From: Catajapyx aquilonaris
Taxonomy: Eukaryota
NCBI GenBank assembly: GCA_000934665.2
Contig: KZ538577.1
Coordinates: forward strand, 62,001-82,311
DNA: 20,311 nucleotides
Direction of reading: 5' to 3'
Shown: positions 11,301-20,311 of the stretch, in pieces
Position numbering within the stretch: position 1 is the stretch's first letter
Layout of the letters: the number at the start of each line of letters is the position of its first letter
Translations under genes and position numbers: made by a program
The notes under the pieces: model-generated
Databases searched by the model: none
Told to the model about the DNA's origin: nothing
Seen by the model: only the letters and a program-made list of their open reading frames with translations

Positions 11301-12614
11301 TGACCAGATTTTCTGTAATTGTAGTGTAGATTGCGCCGGTTAGTTTCAGCCTGTAGATGGCGGGCTATTCAACCTGACATATACCGGAGACGCAACCACA
11401 CCATGTCCTGAACATTGCCTAAAAATATGCTTACCTGATGAAGACTTGCATTATAGAGCTACGTGCGGATGTGTGTGTGTATAATGATATTGAGATATAG
11501 AAGAGTGAGGGGGCGAGCGAGTTATGGGTCTTGCATGCGCTTGGTGCACATAGATCCTGTTGGTTGTGAGCAAGTTCATTGATGGCATCCGTGTCTAGCC
11601 TAATGCAAGCGGGGGTAGAGAGGGGGGAGGGGGGGGGGCTCCGAAGTTTGTATAGCTGGAAACAGCTCGCTGATTAGATTTTGCAAGCCCCCCTTCCTCC
11701 TCCGGTCCCGGATTTTGTTGCTTTTCTGGCCCTCCCCAGTCTGTGTTCAATGCGCAGAAAGTTCCCCGGTTACAGAGACTAATGATACCGTTTGCTTCCA
11801 ATCCTCACGGCCATACACCAGAAATATCTGTAAAATTAATGTTTAATCTTCTCCGGCTCCCTTTCCAGTGTCGAATTAAGTCAAACGTGAAGATAGAATG
11901 CAAGCAAACGAAGCGATGCGTTCATGCACAAACCAATCGTGCCCGGAGTAATGCCTTGGGCGGGGCTGGGTAATGAGCAACTGGGATTGCTGTTGTTTTC
12001 AACATAAATACTGCTGCTGCACCCTCGGTCAAGTTTGAGAAGACTGGCTGCCTGCATTGCCTGCATTGCCTGCGAAGCCTGTAGAAAACATATGCATATC
12101 ATTTATCGATATTGTATTGACTGATACATAGTAGGCCTACACTGAGGATATCAATCAAAACTGTTGTTACATGTTCATTTCTGGAAGGCTGGAAAGGAGA
12201 ATGTTTTCGCAGGGGTTGTTGACGTGGGAGTAGTTCCTCGTCTGGGAAAGTAAAAATTTCCTTGTAGGAAATATCTGCGCATGCGCTGATTTACTGCGCA
12301 TGTCTGCAAAATCATTTACTGACATCTGGTGTGTGATTTACAAAATTGTCTTAAGCATCGCCCAAAAAGGAAAGTTTGTTTCTCGAATAAAACAAAACAA
12401 AAACTATTTGTTAACTGGTAAGGTACCATAGGTGTACCAGTAGTAGACATGTCCCAAAGGTAGACGGCGGAGACTTTGAACCTACAAAACAATAAATAAC
12501 AAAAGAAATGCCGCAATATTGAGTGGAGATGAGACATCTGGCATCATTTCACATCCCTTTGGGGTTGACTGATCACCACATATTTACCATTCATAGTCTA
12601 CTTATAGTGAATGA

Positions 12615-12747
12615 GAAGCCCGTGAACACGTCATCGTCAGCTCTGATTTTTGACCTCGAAATGGTGCGTTTCTTAGCGGATTCGCTAAGAGACACGTAGA
12701 AAGTAAAACCTTGCAGATAAATAAGTGGACGTGTTTCTTCGGGTTTT
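12615..12747. repeat. Degenerate palindrome centred at 12680/12681 (old palindromic MITE remnant?)
   Basis: Core gtttcttagcgga|ttcgctaagagac; outer arms gaagcccgtgaacacgtc vs gacgtgtttcttcgggtttt. Confidence 0.5.
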
Positions 12748-13200
12748 GTGAGTGGAAAAGGATATAAATGCTTCAAATTGTCCAAATACGATGTCCTTTT
12801 GCGTCAATCTTATGTAAAGAAATTTTTAGCTGGGATGTCCACTACTGGACCCAAAAAAACGCTGGTGTTCCCATTCTGGACGCCCCGTCTCGACCATTGG
12901 ACACTGGGCCATAGTTGACACTTGAGACCAGCCGAGACTGGTGCTGGTAACGTCGTCCCAGATGATTGAATACTACAGAAAAAAAGAGGAGAATAAGAAA
13001 CAAATTGAAGAACAAAAAGAGGCAAGAAGGCTGGCTAAGGTAGAGAACTAGAAATTGGCAGCAGAAAGAAAGGCCAGAGAAGCCCAAGATATGCGGCAGA
13101 AGATGAACGGCAAAGAAAAAAATAATTCGGTGTACAAGTGTTCTATAAAAATAAAGATTCATCTCTTACGTACGGTACGTGTGATAATTATTATTGTAAT

Positions 13201-13278
13201 GCGGAGATTCCACCCGATACGAAGCCAACTCGTGCAGAGTAGGGCCATCTCTGGCTTCGTCTCGGGTGGAATCTCCGC
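13201..13278. repeat. 78-nt hairpin: 27-bp inverted repeat (26/27), 24-nt loop
   Basis: gcggagattccacccgatacgaagcca (13201-13227) / tggcttcgtctcgggtggaatctccgc (13252-13278). Confidence 0.97.
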
Positions 13279-13438
13279 TAGACTAATCTACCCGGGGGAG
13301 TTCACAAAATGACCAAACAACGACATTGCACTTGCACTTTGCACATCCCTTCCCAGTCACCCTGCCCTTTGACCATGGCGTTTCGTAAAAAGGTCCCCCA
13401 AAAGGGCCAAAGATGGCCCAGCACGGGGTATTCAAAAA
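13202..13438 (+). mobile_element. 5'-truncated SINE (diverged subfamily) with 5' inverted duplication and 12-bp TSD
   Basis: TSD attattgtaatg at 13190-13201 and 13439-13450. Shares atgacc..acgacattgcac(c)ttgcac and the cccc..gggcc..ggccc..cacggggta tail with the SINE at 18492. Ends in a short A tail. Confidence 0.85.
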
Positions 13439-13566
13439 ATTATTGTAATGGATGATTATTCATAATAAAATTAATTCGTCTATTAAGTAAATACTAACCA
13501 GTCATGGTGTAAATCTTACGTTTCCCTGATGATATTGACACAACCGCAGTAAATACAGTATATGGA

Positions 13567-13613
13567 GGCTGTCCACAACTGGAACAGTCATCATTTTGGC
13601 TGTTCACAACTGG
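13567..13613 (+). repeat. 16-bp direct repeat x2
   Basis: ggctgtccacaactgg (13567-13582) and ggctgttcacaactgg (13598-13613). Confidence 0.7.
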
Positions 13614-14060
13614 GCATTTGCACACTTGCATATAAAAATATATTGCGCAGAATTCACCTGTTTAATGTGACAATAATATGAACTGGATGCAAGAGCAAGT
13701 ATCGACGATTCGGACGATTTTTTTCGAGGATTTCTTAAACTAATTCACATGGAAAGAGTGTCCGACGTGAACTTTTTTCCTTAACATGTCCACCTCTGGG
13801 AGCGCAGCGGTTCTCAAACTGTGGGGCGCGCACCCCTGGGGGGCGGGGGGGGGGGCGAAGGGGTGACAGGGGGAGGGGGGCGAATCCAAAAATGATGTGA
13901 CTCGAAACAGGCGCAAAAGTCGCATTGATTAGGTAAGAACTAATTCTCAGGGCTTACTGTAGTGTGCCGTTTTACACAATTTGTGCAGTTCTGAATAAGG
14001 ATTTGTGCAGTCAGATAATAGCAGACAGGTCTGTTATATCCGGATTCAGCTATCAGCTAT

Positions 14061-14176
14061 CCTTACCCCATGTCCTTTCGTCCTTGCACCGGAGTTGGAA
14101 GAAAAAAAAATAGAAAAATCGAACTAAAAATGATGGTGTCCCACTCCCCTATAAGGGCCTATGGCCCTATAACGGG

Positions 14177-14180
<4 letters not shown>
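14061..14180 (+). mobile_element. 3' fragment of the same SINE family
   Basis: Collinear with 18672-18792: tccttgcac..gtt.gaagaaaa..agaaaa..aaaaatg..ggt...ccac.cccctataagggcct.tggccctat.acggggta. Confidence 0.88.
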
Positions 14181-14256
<76 letters not shown>

Positions 14257-14257
14257 N
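14181..14257. repeat. (TA)38 microsatellite ending in an ambiguous base N (14257)
   Basis: Read directly; occupies the SINE tail position. Confidence 0.97.
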
Positions 14258-14757
14258 AACTGCGCTTGGACATTGGCACTGCTGGAAATATGAAGGGACC
14301 GATCTTTCTACTTGCTTATAGGCGATGTGCTTACAGTATAGGAGGATTCCACTGTACTTTGTCAGTTATTGCATTCACCTAAGATTGTGTGACGTTGAAC
14401 AAAAAAAATTTCGCATTGTGGGGGGGGGCGATGTGGCAAAGTTTGAGAACAGCTGCATTAATGCCTTGTTTCAAATACTGTATTGCATATTTTCTGACTA
14501 TTTTTGGGGGGAAATAACTGCCAAATAGTGGACTGCGGTATTTATTTGCACGATTATCAATTCTCAGTAGTAATTATATGTGCAATCAGAATAAATCATG
14601 TAAGGCTTTAGTTGTTTGTGCATGATTTACCTTTTATTTTGCTTCCCTTTAATATAATGACTGTATAAACAAATAATGCATGACTATATGAACATATATG
14701 AAGTACCGGTATACATTTGTATTTATGAAGTCCGTGATAATCTATGTTCGGTAATAA

Positions 14758-14970
14758 TAATAATACATAATAATAATTAATAATAATCCAGCTAAAGTTT
14801 CATAATAAAATGAATCGTCATTTAAATTCCAAAATTTTCAGTCATCGTTTCCTTAACATATTATTTCTGCTCGTGAAAGAAACGAAGCACACGCAAGGAA
14901 TAGAATCCATGTGAACCGATATAAACATTGCTCACAGGAAACGTCTCCCGCCTGGTCCGGGCGTTGAACC
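14758..14970 (-). mobile_element. Possible 5'-truncated tRNA-derived SINE of a second family
   Basis: Minus strand starts with B-box-like GGTTCAACGCC (14970-14960) followed by cggaccaggcggg, and ends in a (TTA)n-like tail. Candidate TSD cggtaataa (14749-14757) / cggtagtaa (14971-14979). No A box. Confidence 0.45.
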
Positions 14971-16730
14971 CGGTAGTAAACTTACATAGAGATTCAAACC
15001 TCTATATGTTCTAGAATAGACCAGGTGCTGCATTATTTTTACTATCCGGGGAATATAATTATACACCAAAAGAACTGATGCTCTAATTTATTTATATATT
15101 TATATATATTTATTTATTTATATTAAAGATAATGAAGAGCCTTTTCAATAACTATATTATTACCTGGAATATGCATAATTAGTGAATAGAACCGTTCTGG
15201 TACTGTAAAGAAAATAATGGTTGAAATGGAATGTGACAACAGAGCAGGCCGTAATGACGATGAATAAACACAGACAGAATGAAATCCATTTGGCTTGAAG
15301 CGGCCTAGCAACAACCATAATCCCCGGTCTACACACGGCGCAATCTCTCTCTATCCACTTTAAACAATTAAACATCGCTCACGGTGACATATACATCACG
15401 ACACTTATTTAATTCGCATTGCACACCTCCGTGTTTTGTTTCCGCAAAACTGTCAAAAAAGAGGCGTCCAGTGGAATTTGCATGCGGTGAAAATTGCTCA
15501 CCCAGAGTGTGGATCGGTTGGCTGCTCCGGTCTACATTTTTATTTGGCCGAATAAAAAAAGGGGGAGATTTTGGCCTCGTATCTTTCCGGAGGGAACGCT
15601 GCTTGTTTTTCTAACGTGCCACCTGGAGGCTAAAGCTCGGTTGAGGTGAGTGCGATAATGTGATGTGTTAAAAGGATGTGCATATGTGGCAGGTGGTCTG
15701 CCTACCCGTGGGCGATGCCCAACACTGACTGACTGCCACTGACGCTACAACAACATAACACCGCTTCCCAACCTTCTCTCCACCTACTCTTTTCGCCCTT
15801 TATATTTTCCACCATTATTGGCCTATGAGAATTTTTAGGAGAAAAAAATTATTTTTATAGCTCTGAAGTTGGGTCACCTTAAGCTACAGCAATTAACAGC
15901 GTGAATATTGTAGAAAACTAATATTTCTGGCCTGAGAAGAAATATCAAAATGCGCGCACCTTGTGGCATCCAGAGCGTCCTGGTAGGTGGTAGCACTATC
16001 GGGTACCACGTGCGCTGTTCCACATTGCTGTGACGGCCACACTTACGATCAAGTGCACGCTTTTAGTAGAAAAAAAGTGGAAGACACAAAAAAGTCAAAG
16101 AAACATCAGCTGAAAGTAGAAATGGACGTGATCTGAAAAAAGCGCTCTGTCACTGACTGACCTTTCGGGTAGGGCAAGCCTTAATGCGGCTTGTATTAAG
16201 TAGCAGTTCCTCCTGGAAGCGTATCAGGGGAACTAATTTCCCCCACCTTAATGGTACGTAGAAGTGCCGACACAGGAGGTGTAGCTGTGAAACTTCAGGG
16301 GTGCCTTTTAATGAAAACCCACCGTAAAATTGAGCATTATTGCTCCTGGCATTTAAATAGAACCAAGGCTCTTTTATGAAGAGGCGGGAAAACGTGACCA
16401 CGGACCTTATGCGACCAAAAAAAAATTAAGTTACATGCATTGCTACAGCAATTAAACGCTAGACGATAAGAGAGTCCCGTGCCTGCAACTAAGAATTTGT
16501 CACCTGAATAAGCTCTCATAATTGTCCGCACTGTCACAGTTTATAAACTGAGTCATTTGAGCATAATATTATGGAACGGGTAAATAAATAATAAATAACG
16601 AAATAAATACCTTAGTATGAATGAATGAATGAAGGAAAAGAAAGAATAATAAATGATAAAATTATAGAAATAGAAATAAAATAATAAATCACCAAATAAA
16701 AATTAAAATAAGAAATAGAAAAATAAGAAC

Positions 16731-16875
16731 TCTTATATATAAGGAAAAGTTTGTATGTTTGTCCCCCACCTCCCCCGCCCCCTGACCCCCTCTCCCCGAT
16801 CGCCCCTGACTCCCTGCCACCCGCTACCCCCTAACCGTCACTTTCCCCCGACCGCCCCTCTCACGATAGCAATGA
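16731..16875 (+). mobile_element. 3'-truncated Helitron-like 5' fragment with C-rich tract
   Basis: Starts TCttatatataaggaaaagtttgtatgtttgtccc, alignable to the head at 17317; followed by a C-rich segment as in the 17317 copy. Confidence 0.55.
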
Positions 16876-16898
16876 GATATGATAAATATTATAATATA

Positions 16899-17195
16899 AA
16901 GTAGAACCCCGATTATCCGACTCCTCGGTTTATGCGACCGTCCCACTCCGGCAATAAATCTGTTTTTTCATGAAATATTATAATTGTTTACGAATTCGTT
17001 TGTTTGTTTGCCGTAGTTAAATTGTAAATACTGTACAATAGAGTGTGTAAAAAATAAATACTTCACCATTTCTTAGAAAACCATAACATTGTATGTTATT
17101 TCATGTTTTATGTTTTTTGTTGTGTTTTATGAAAGTTTTTTTTGTGCAATGCAACTTTAAAGATTTGTGACATCATATGCACAGGGTAAAATAAA

Positions 17196-17226
<31 letters not shown>

Positions 17227-17310
17227 TTTTTTCTCCTCGGATGATCCGACCTTTTCGGTTATCCGACGATGCCCCAGTCCCGTTGGTGATGGATAATCGC
17301 AGTTCGACTG
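16899..17310. mobile_element. pogo/Tigger-type (Tc1/mariner superfamily) MITE, 412 bp
   Basis: TIRs aagtagaaccccgattatcc vs reverse complement cagtcgaactgcgattatcc (16/20). TA on both sides (16897-16898, 17311-17312). Repeated subterminal ttatccga-like motifs; AT-rich interior with (TAA)n. Confidence 0.88.
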
Positions 17311-17316
17311 TAATAA

Positions 17317-17580
17317 TCTTATATTACAAGTACATATAAAAGGCAAGTTTGTCGGTTTGTCCCGTTTCCCCCCCCCCTCTACCTCCTTCCCCCTTTACCG
17401 CCCTACTCTACCGTGGCAACAGTTATCCATGATTGCAATGATTAATATTATACAATGATTGGTTGTGACTGATTCGCTGTGTCCATAGTAACGTCAACAC
17501 AATACTATGCCAACAATGACATTCAACAACAATAATGGTGCCATGGTAACAGGCCGTGCGAAGAACGGGCTTCCTGATAG
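17317..17580 (+). mobile_element. Non-autonomous Helitron-like element, family A copy 1
   Basis: 5' A|TC; subterminal hairpin gccgtgcgaagaacgggc (17553-17570); terminus ttcctgATAG (variant of CTAG); homologous to 17950-18176. Confidence 0.8.
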
Positions 17581-17713
17581 CTGTGTTTTAAAACACAAAT
17601 TAGTTGGAATTCCGTCATTTTTGCGGCTGCAAAATCAGCAGTTGAATTGAGCCAATAGGAGAGTCGTCAACGGCGGCCATCTTGAAATTGGGTGTTGACA
17701 AACGGCAATATTT

Positions 17714-17742
17714 AATTGGAGCCAATTGGAGCCAATTGGAGC
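17714..17742 (+). repeat. 10-bp tandem repeat (aattggagcc) x ~3
   Basis: aattggagccaattggagccaattggagc. Confidence 0.85.
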
Positions 17743-17949
17743 GTGTGTTTATAGTCGGCCATCATGGATTTGGGGCGATTTTAATAAGAAAGGAACCAAT
17801 GAGTCATTTTCCAGACATGTAGGCTATAAGTGCAAGAGATGACTTGGGGGAAGGAGCGAAGAACTCCAGAAAATTCATTGGGCTCAACCGACTTTAGTCC
17901 ACGGGGCTAGCTCCAGACTAGACCGGTTTAGAGTGAAACTATAGGGAAC

Positions 17950-18176
17950 CGGTTGATGTCCCATTTCCCTCCCACTCTCCCTCTCCCCCTACCCTCTACC
18001 ATCCGATACTCTATCATGGCAACAGGTCCATGATTGTAATGATTACAATGATTGGCTGGTGCTGATTCGTTGTTTCCATAGTAACGTCAACATAGCACCA
18101 TGATGGCAACAATAACATTCAACGACAATAATGGTTCCATGGTAACAAGCCGTGCGAAGAACGGGCTTCCTGCTAG
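17950..18176 (+). mobile_element. Non-autonomous Helitron-like element, family A copy 2 (lacks the 5' TC head)
   Basis: Direct repeat of ~17356-17580 (tccatgattg.aatgatt, ccatagtaacgtcaaca, caataatggt.ccatggtaaca); hairpin 18149-18166; intact CTAG 18173-18176. Confidence 0.85.
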
Positions 18177-18452
18177 TCTATATAAATAAAGCCGTTTGTG
18201 AGTCTGTCAGTCTGTCCGCCCACCAATGCCATCTGTGGTCGTACTCCAACACCTAAAGCCTCTCTCGCCTGTATAACGCCAACCTGCCATCTGTCGTCCA
18301 CCCCAAACACCTCCCACCTCTACCGCCCTTCCCACCCGTCCTTCCTAAAAGTGTCAGGGCGGCTCTCTGTGTATGAAAATTTTGACTGGGCTACAGGTAG
18401 GTGTTATCCCTTCATGCATTTCTTCCCGGGCAACGCCGGGTGCCGCAGCTAG
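18177..18452 (+). mobile_element. Non-autonomous Helitron-like element, family B (276 bp, both ends intact)
   Basis: 5' TCtatataaataaa followed by gtctgtcagtctgtc repeats; 3' hairpin cccgggcaacgccggg (18425-18440), 8 nt, then CTAG (18449-18452) followed by T. Confidence 0.88.
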
Positions 18453-18491
18453 TAAATAAATAAAGGAAAAGAAAATAATTAAATGATAACT

Positions 18492-18811
18492 GGGAGGTGT
18501 GGTGGCCGAGATGGTAACGTCTCGGCTTGCTGAGTGACAGGTTCCAGGTTCGATTCCCGCCTGGGAGTTCCCTTTCACCTGCGTCAGGCGGGTCTCTGAC
18601 CTGCACCTTGGAGGTGTCTGGCAACCTAACCTCCTGGGGAACAGCACATGACCCATAGCTACGACATTGCACCTTGCACCCATGTTTCCTCCCCCCATCC
18701 TTGCACTAGCGTTAGAAGAAAAATCAGAAAATGGAAGGAAAAATGGCGGTATTCCACCCCCCTATAAGGGCCTCTGGCCCTATCACGGGGTAACGTAAAA
18801 AATAAACTAAT
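18492..18811 (+). mobile_element. Full-length tRNA-derived SINE (~320 bp)
   Basis: A box tggccgagatgg (18503-18514); B box ggttcgattcc (18547-18557); body and 3' stem-loop shared with the copies at 13202 and 14061; A/TAA tail; degenerate TSD 18474-18490 vs 18812-18828 (14/17). Confidence 0.9.
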
Positions 18812-20289
18812 AATAATAAATTGATATCGTATAATATAAATAATGGGAATAAAATAAAATAGAAAAATTATTAATAAATACCGCTGATGTGTCAAATGGT
18901 TTTGTACCTGTCCATGATTGATTAACTTGATTTGTTTAATGATGAAAGAATCCCAGCATTGTTAGTGAGAGCCAAGGTGAGAAGGGCATGGTGTGTGTGC
19001 ATCTGGTGGTGTGTAAATGCCATCAAACAGTGTGGGCGGATAATCTTGGGAGCGCTCAAAGGGATGAGGTTAGTCGAGAGGCTCAGGCCTACATTCCCTG
19101 GTACGGTATCATTGCTGTATCGGAAACCCTGAGTACTTGGCGGGTAAGCTGTCGGTTTGCTTCAAGTGGAGACCAGTAAGCTGGAAGGGGACAGGTGCAG
19201 CACGTTCTTGGGTTCAGGAATTTGTCGCCAGCTTTGGATTCAGGTGACCACTCGGCATTTTTGGCCTCTATTGGAACCCCCATCGATCCAGCCATTTTTT
19301 GGCAGGGGGGGCGCATGGTCTCATCACCAGCCCTTACCCCCTCTGCACTCTGGCGGGTTATAAAACCCTTTCCTTGCCCATCGTCCACGCCAGAATATTA
19401 TGCAAATGTTTGTTCTGCTCTGTGCCCATTCTCACCCGCCTCATGTCGGCGCCAACATTTTTGCACGTCAGCGGAATGAATGCGCTCCAAGGCTGGCAAC
19501 CGGGCCCATTGTAATTTTGGATGGGAGTCCTTCTTTGATACGCCGCTGTTGCCCAGGTCGCTACCATTTTGCCTTTTTTCTATATATATTTTGCATTTTT
19601 TTTACCTGCCCCTGCCGGGTGGTGGGGGTCTCAATGAAATGTCAGGAAAGTTGGGATTGGTGGTGGCATCAATGCTTTCAACTCGGAATTTTGATTGTTG
19701 AGGAGGGTTCATCGCGACAATAATTCACACTGGATTAATTTTTTGGTGACCTAATGCGAGATATTCATCATCGTCAGACACAGGCAGCGTGATGATTATG
19801 TACGTGGCCATGCTTTTATCTAAAGAGATGTTTAGCGCACATGGGCCCTTTGTGGGGTTTGTTCGTGCGTTTCCATGCGTCGACATTGGATTCTTCCGCG
19901 TCGTGGGTATGCTTTACGGTACGATGACGTAGCCTGCGCAGCTTCTTTTTGCCACACCGTGTCATACGTACCTAACGACATTGCCCTGTGTTCCAACTCA
20001 CGTGCACATGTATGTTTTGGCTCAATTTCTCTTGTGGAGTTGTCGCAAATATTAAATGCTACTATACAAGTACAGGTTGAATGGTAGGCCGTTGCACCAT
20101 GGCTGATTCATTAAGAATATCATAACGATTGCTTTATCCGTTACAAAAATATTTGCATTTACCAACTACATTATTTTGTCACGGAGTCACCCTCAGTGCA
20201 AGGCGGGGTGTTCATTTCCATATGATTAAACATGGGAAGCATCCCACGAACTGTACATTTTTAGACAAATTAGCGTCTTTACAATGACA

Positions 20290-20311
20290 TATATATATAT
20301 ATATATATATA
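20290..20311. repeat. (AT)n microsatellite running off the window end
   Basis: Read directly. Confidence 0.95.

Larger units (their letters stand above)
13805..14455. mobile_element. hAT (Charlie-like) non-autonomous element/MITE with nested SINE tail
   Basis: TIRs cagcggttctcaaact (13805-13820) and agtttgagaacagctg (14440-14455), 15/16, resembling the hAT/Charlie CAGTGGTTCTCAAACT end. ggggggcg subterminal motifs near both ends. The 8-bp flanks do not match. Confidence 0.8.

Noticed and set aside
11435..11470. Hammerhead/Penelope-like CTGATGA core (also CTGAGGA at 12142 and CTGATGA at 13526)
   Set aside because: No correctly placed GAAA or closing helices; at best decayed remnants.
12276..12303. 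NRF1/Ewg-like TGCGCATGCGC motif as a promoter
   Set aside because: Isolated motif with no other core-promoter evidence or downstream exon.
13567..13613. CRISPR-like repeat-spacer
   Set aside because: Only two 16-bp repeats with a 15-nt spacer, in a eukaryotic context with no cas genes.
18496..18570. Functional tRNA gene
   Set aside because: A/B boxes are present, but the acceptor, anticodon and T stems do not pair properly, and it continues into a repeated body, so it is a SINE head.
18560..18645. HDV-like ribozyme in the SINE body (cctcctgg, ggcaac resemblance)
   Set aside because: I could not build the P1/P2/P3/P1.1 nested pseudoknot by hand; an RNArobo or Infernal search would settle it.
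18932..19723. Cluster of overlapping short ORFs in a GC-richer segment, possible LINE/LTR relic
   Set aside because: No RT, endonuclease, integrase or gag motifs recognisable in any translated frame.

Overview
Non-coding eukaryotic genomic DNA, most likely an arthropod/insect large intron or intergenic region (inferred from repeat style; species not assignable). I find no credible intact protein-coding gene, rRNA, functional tRNA or CRISPR array, and the ORF track is essentially spurious. The interpretable content is small non-autonomous transposons. (1) A 589-bp near-perfect palindrome built from two inverted copies of a mariner transposase 3' end (7830-8418). (2) Three copies of one tRNA-derived SINE family sharing a 3' stem-loop; the copy at 13202-13438 has a perfect 12-bp TSD and an inverted 27-bp duplication at its 5' end that forms a 78-nt hairpin. 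(3) A hAT-type MITE with a nested SINE tail, (TA)n and an N. (4) A pogo/Tigger-type MITE. (5) A head-to-tail stack of non-autonomous Helitron-like units (16731-18452). Microsatellites and several degenerate inverted repeats are also present. I see no evidence of a novel gene system. The best leads are transposition-generated hairpin structures and a composite Helitron. All alignments were done by eye.
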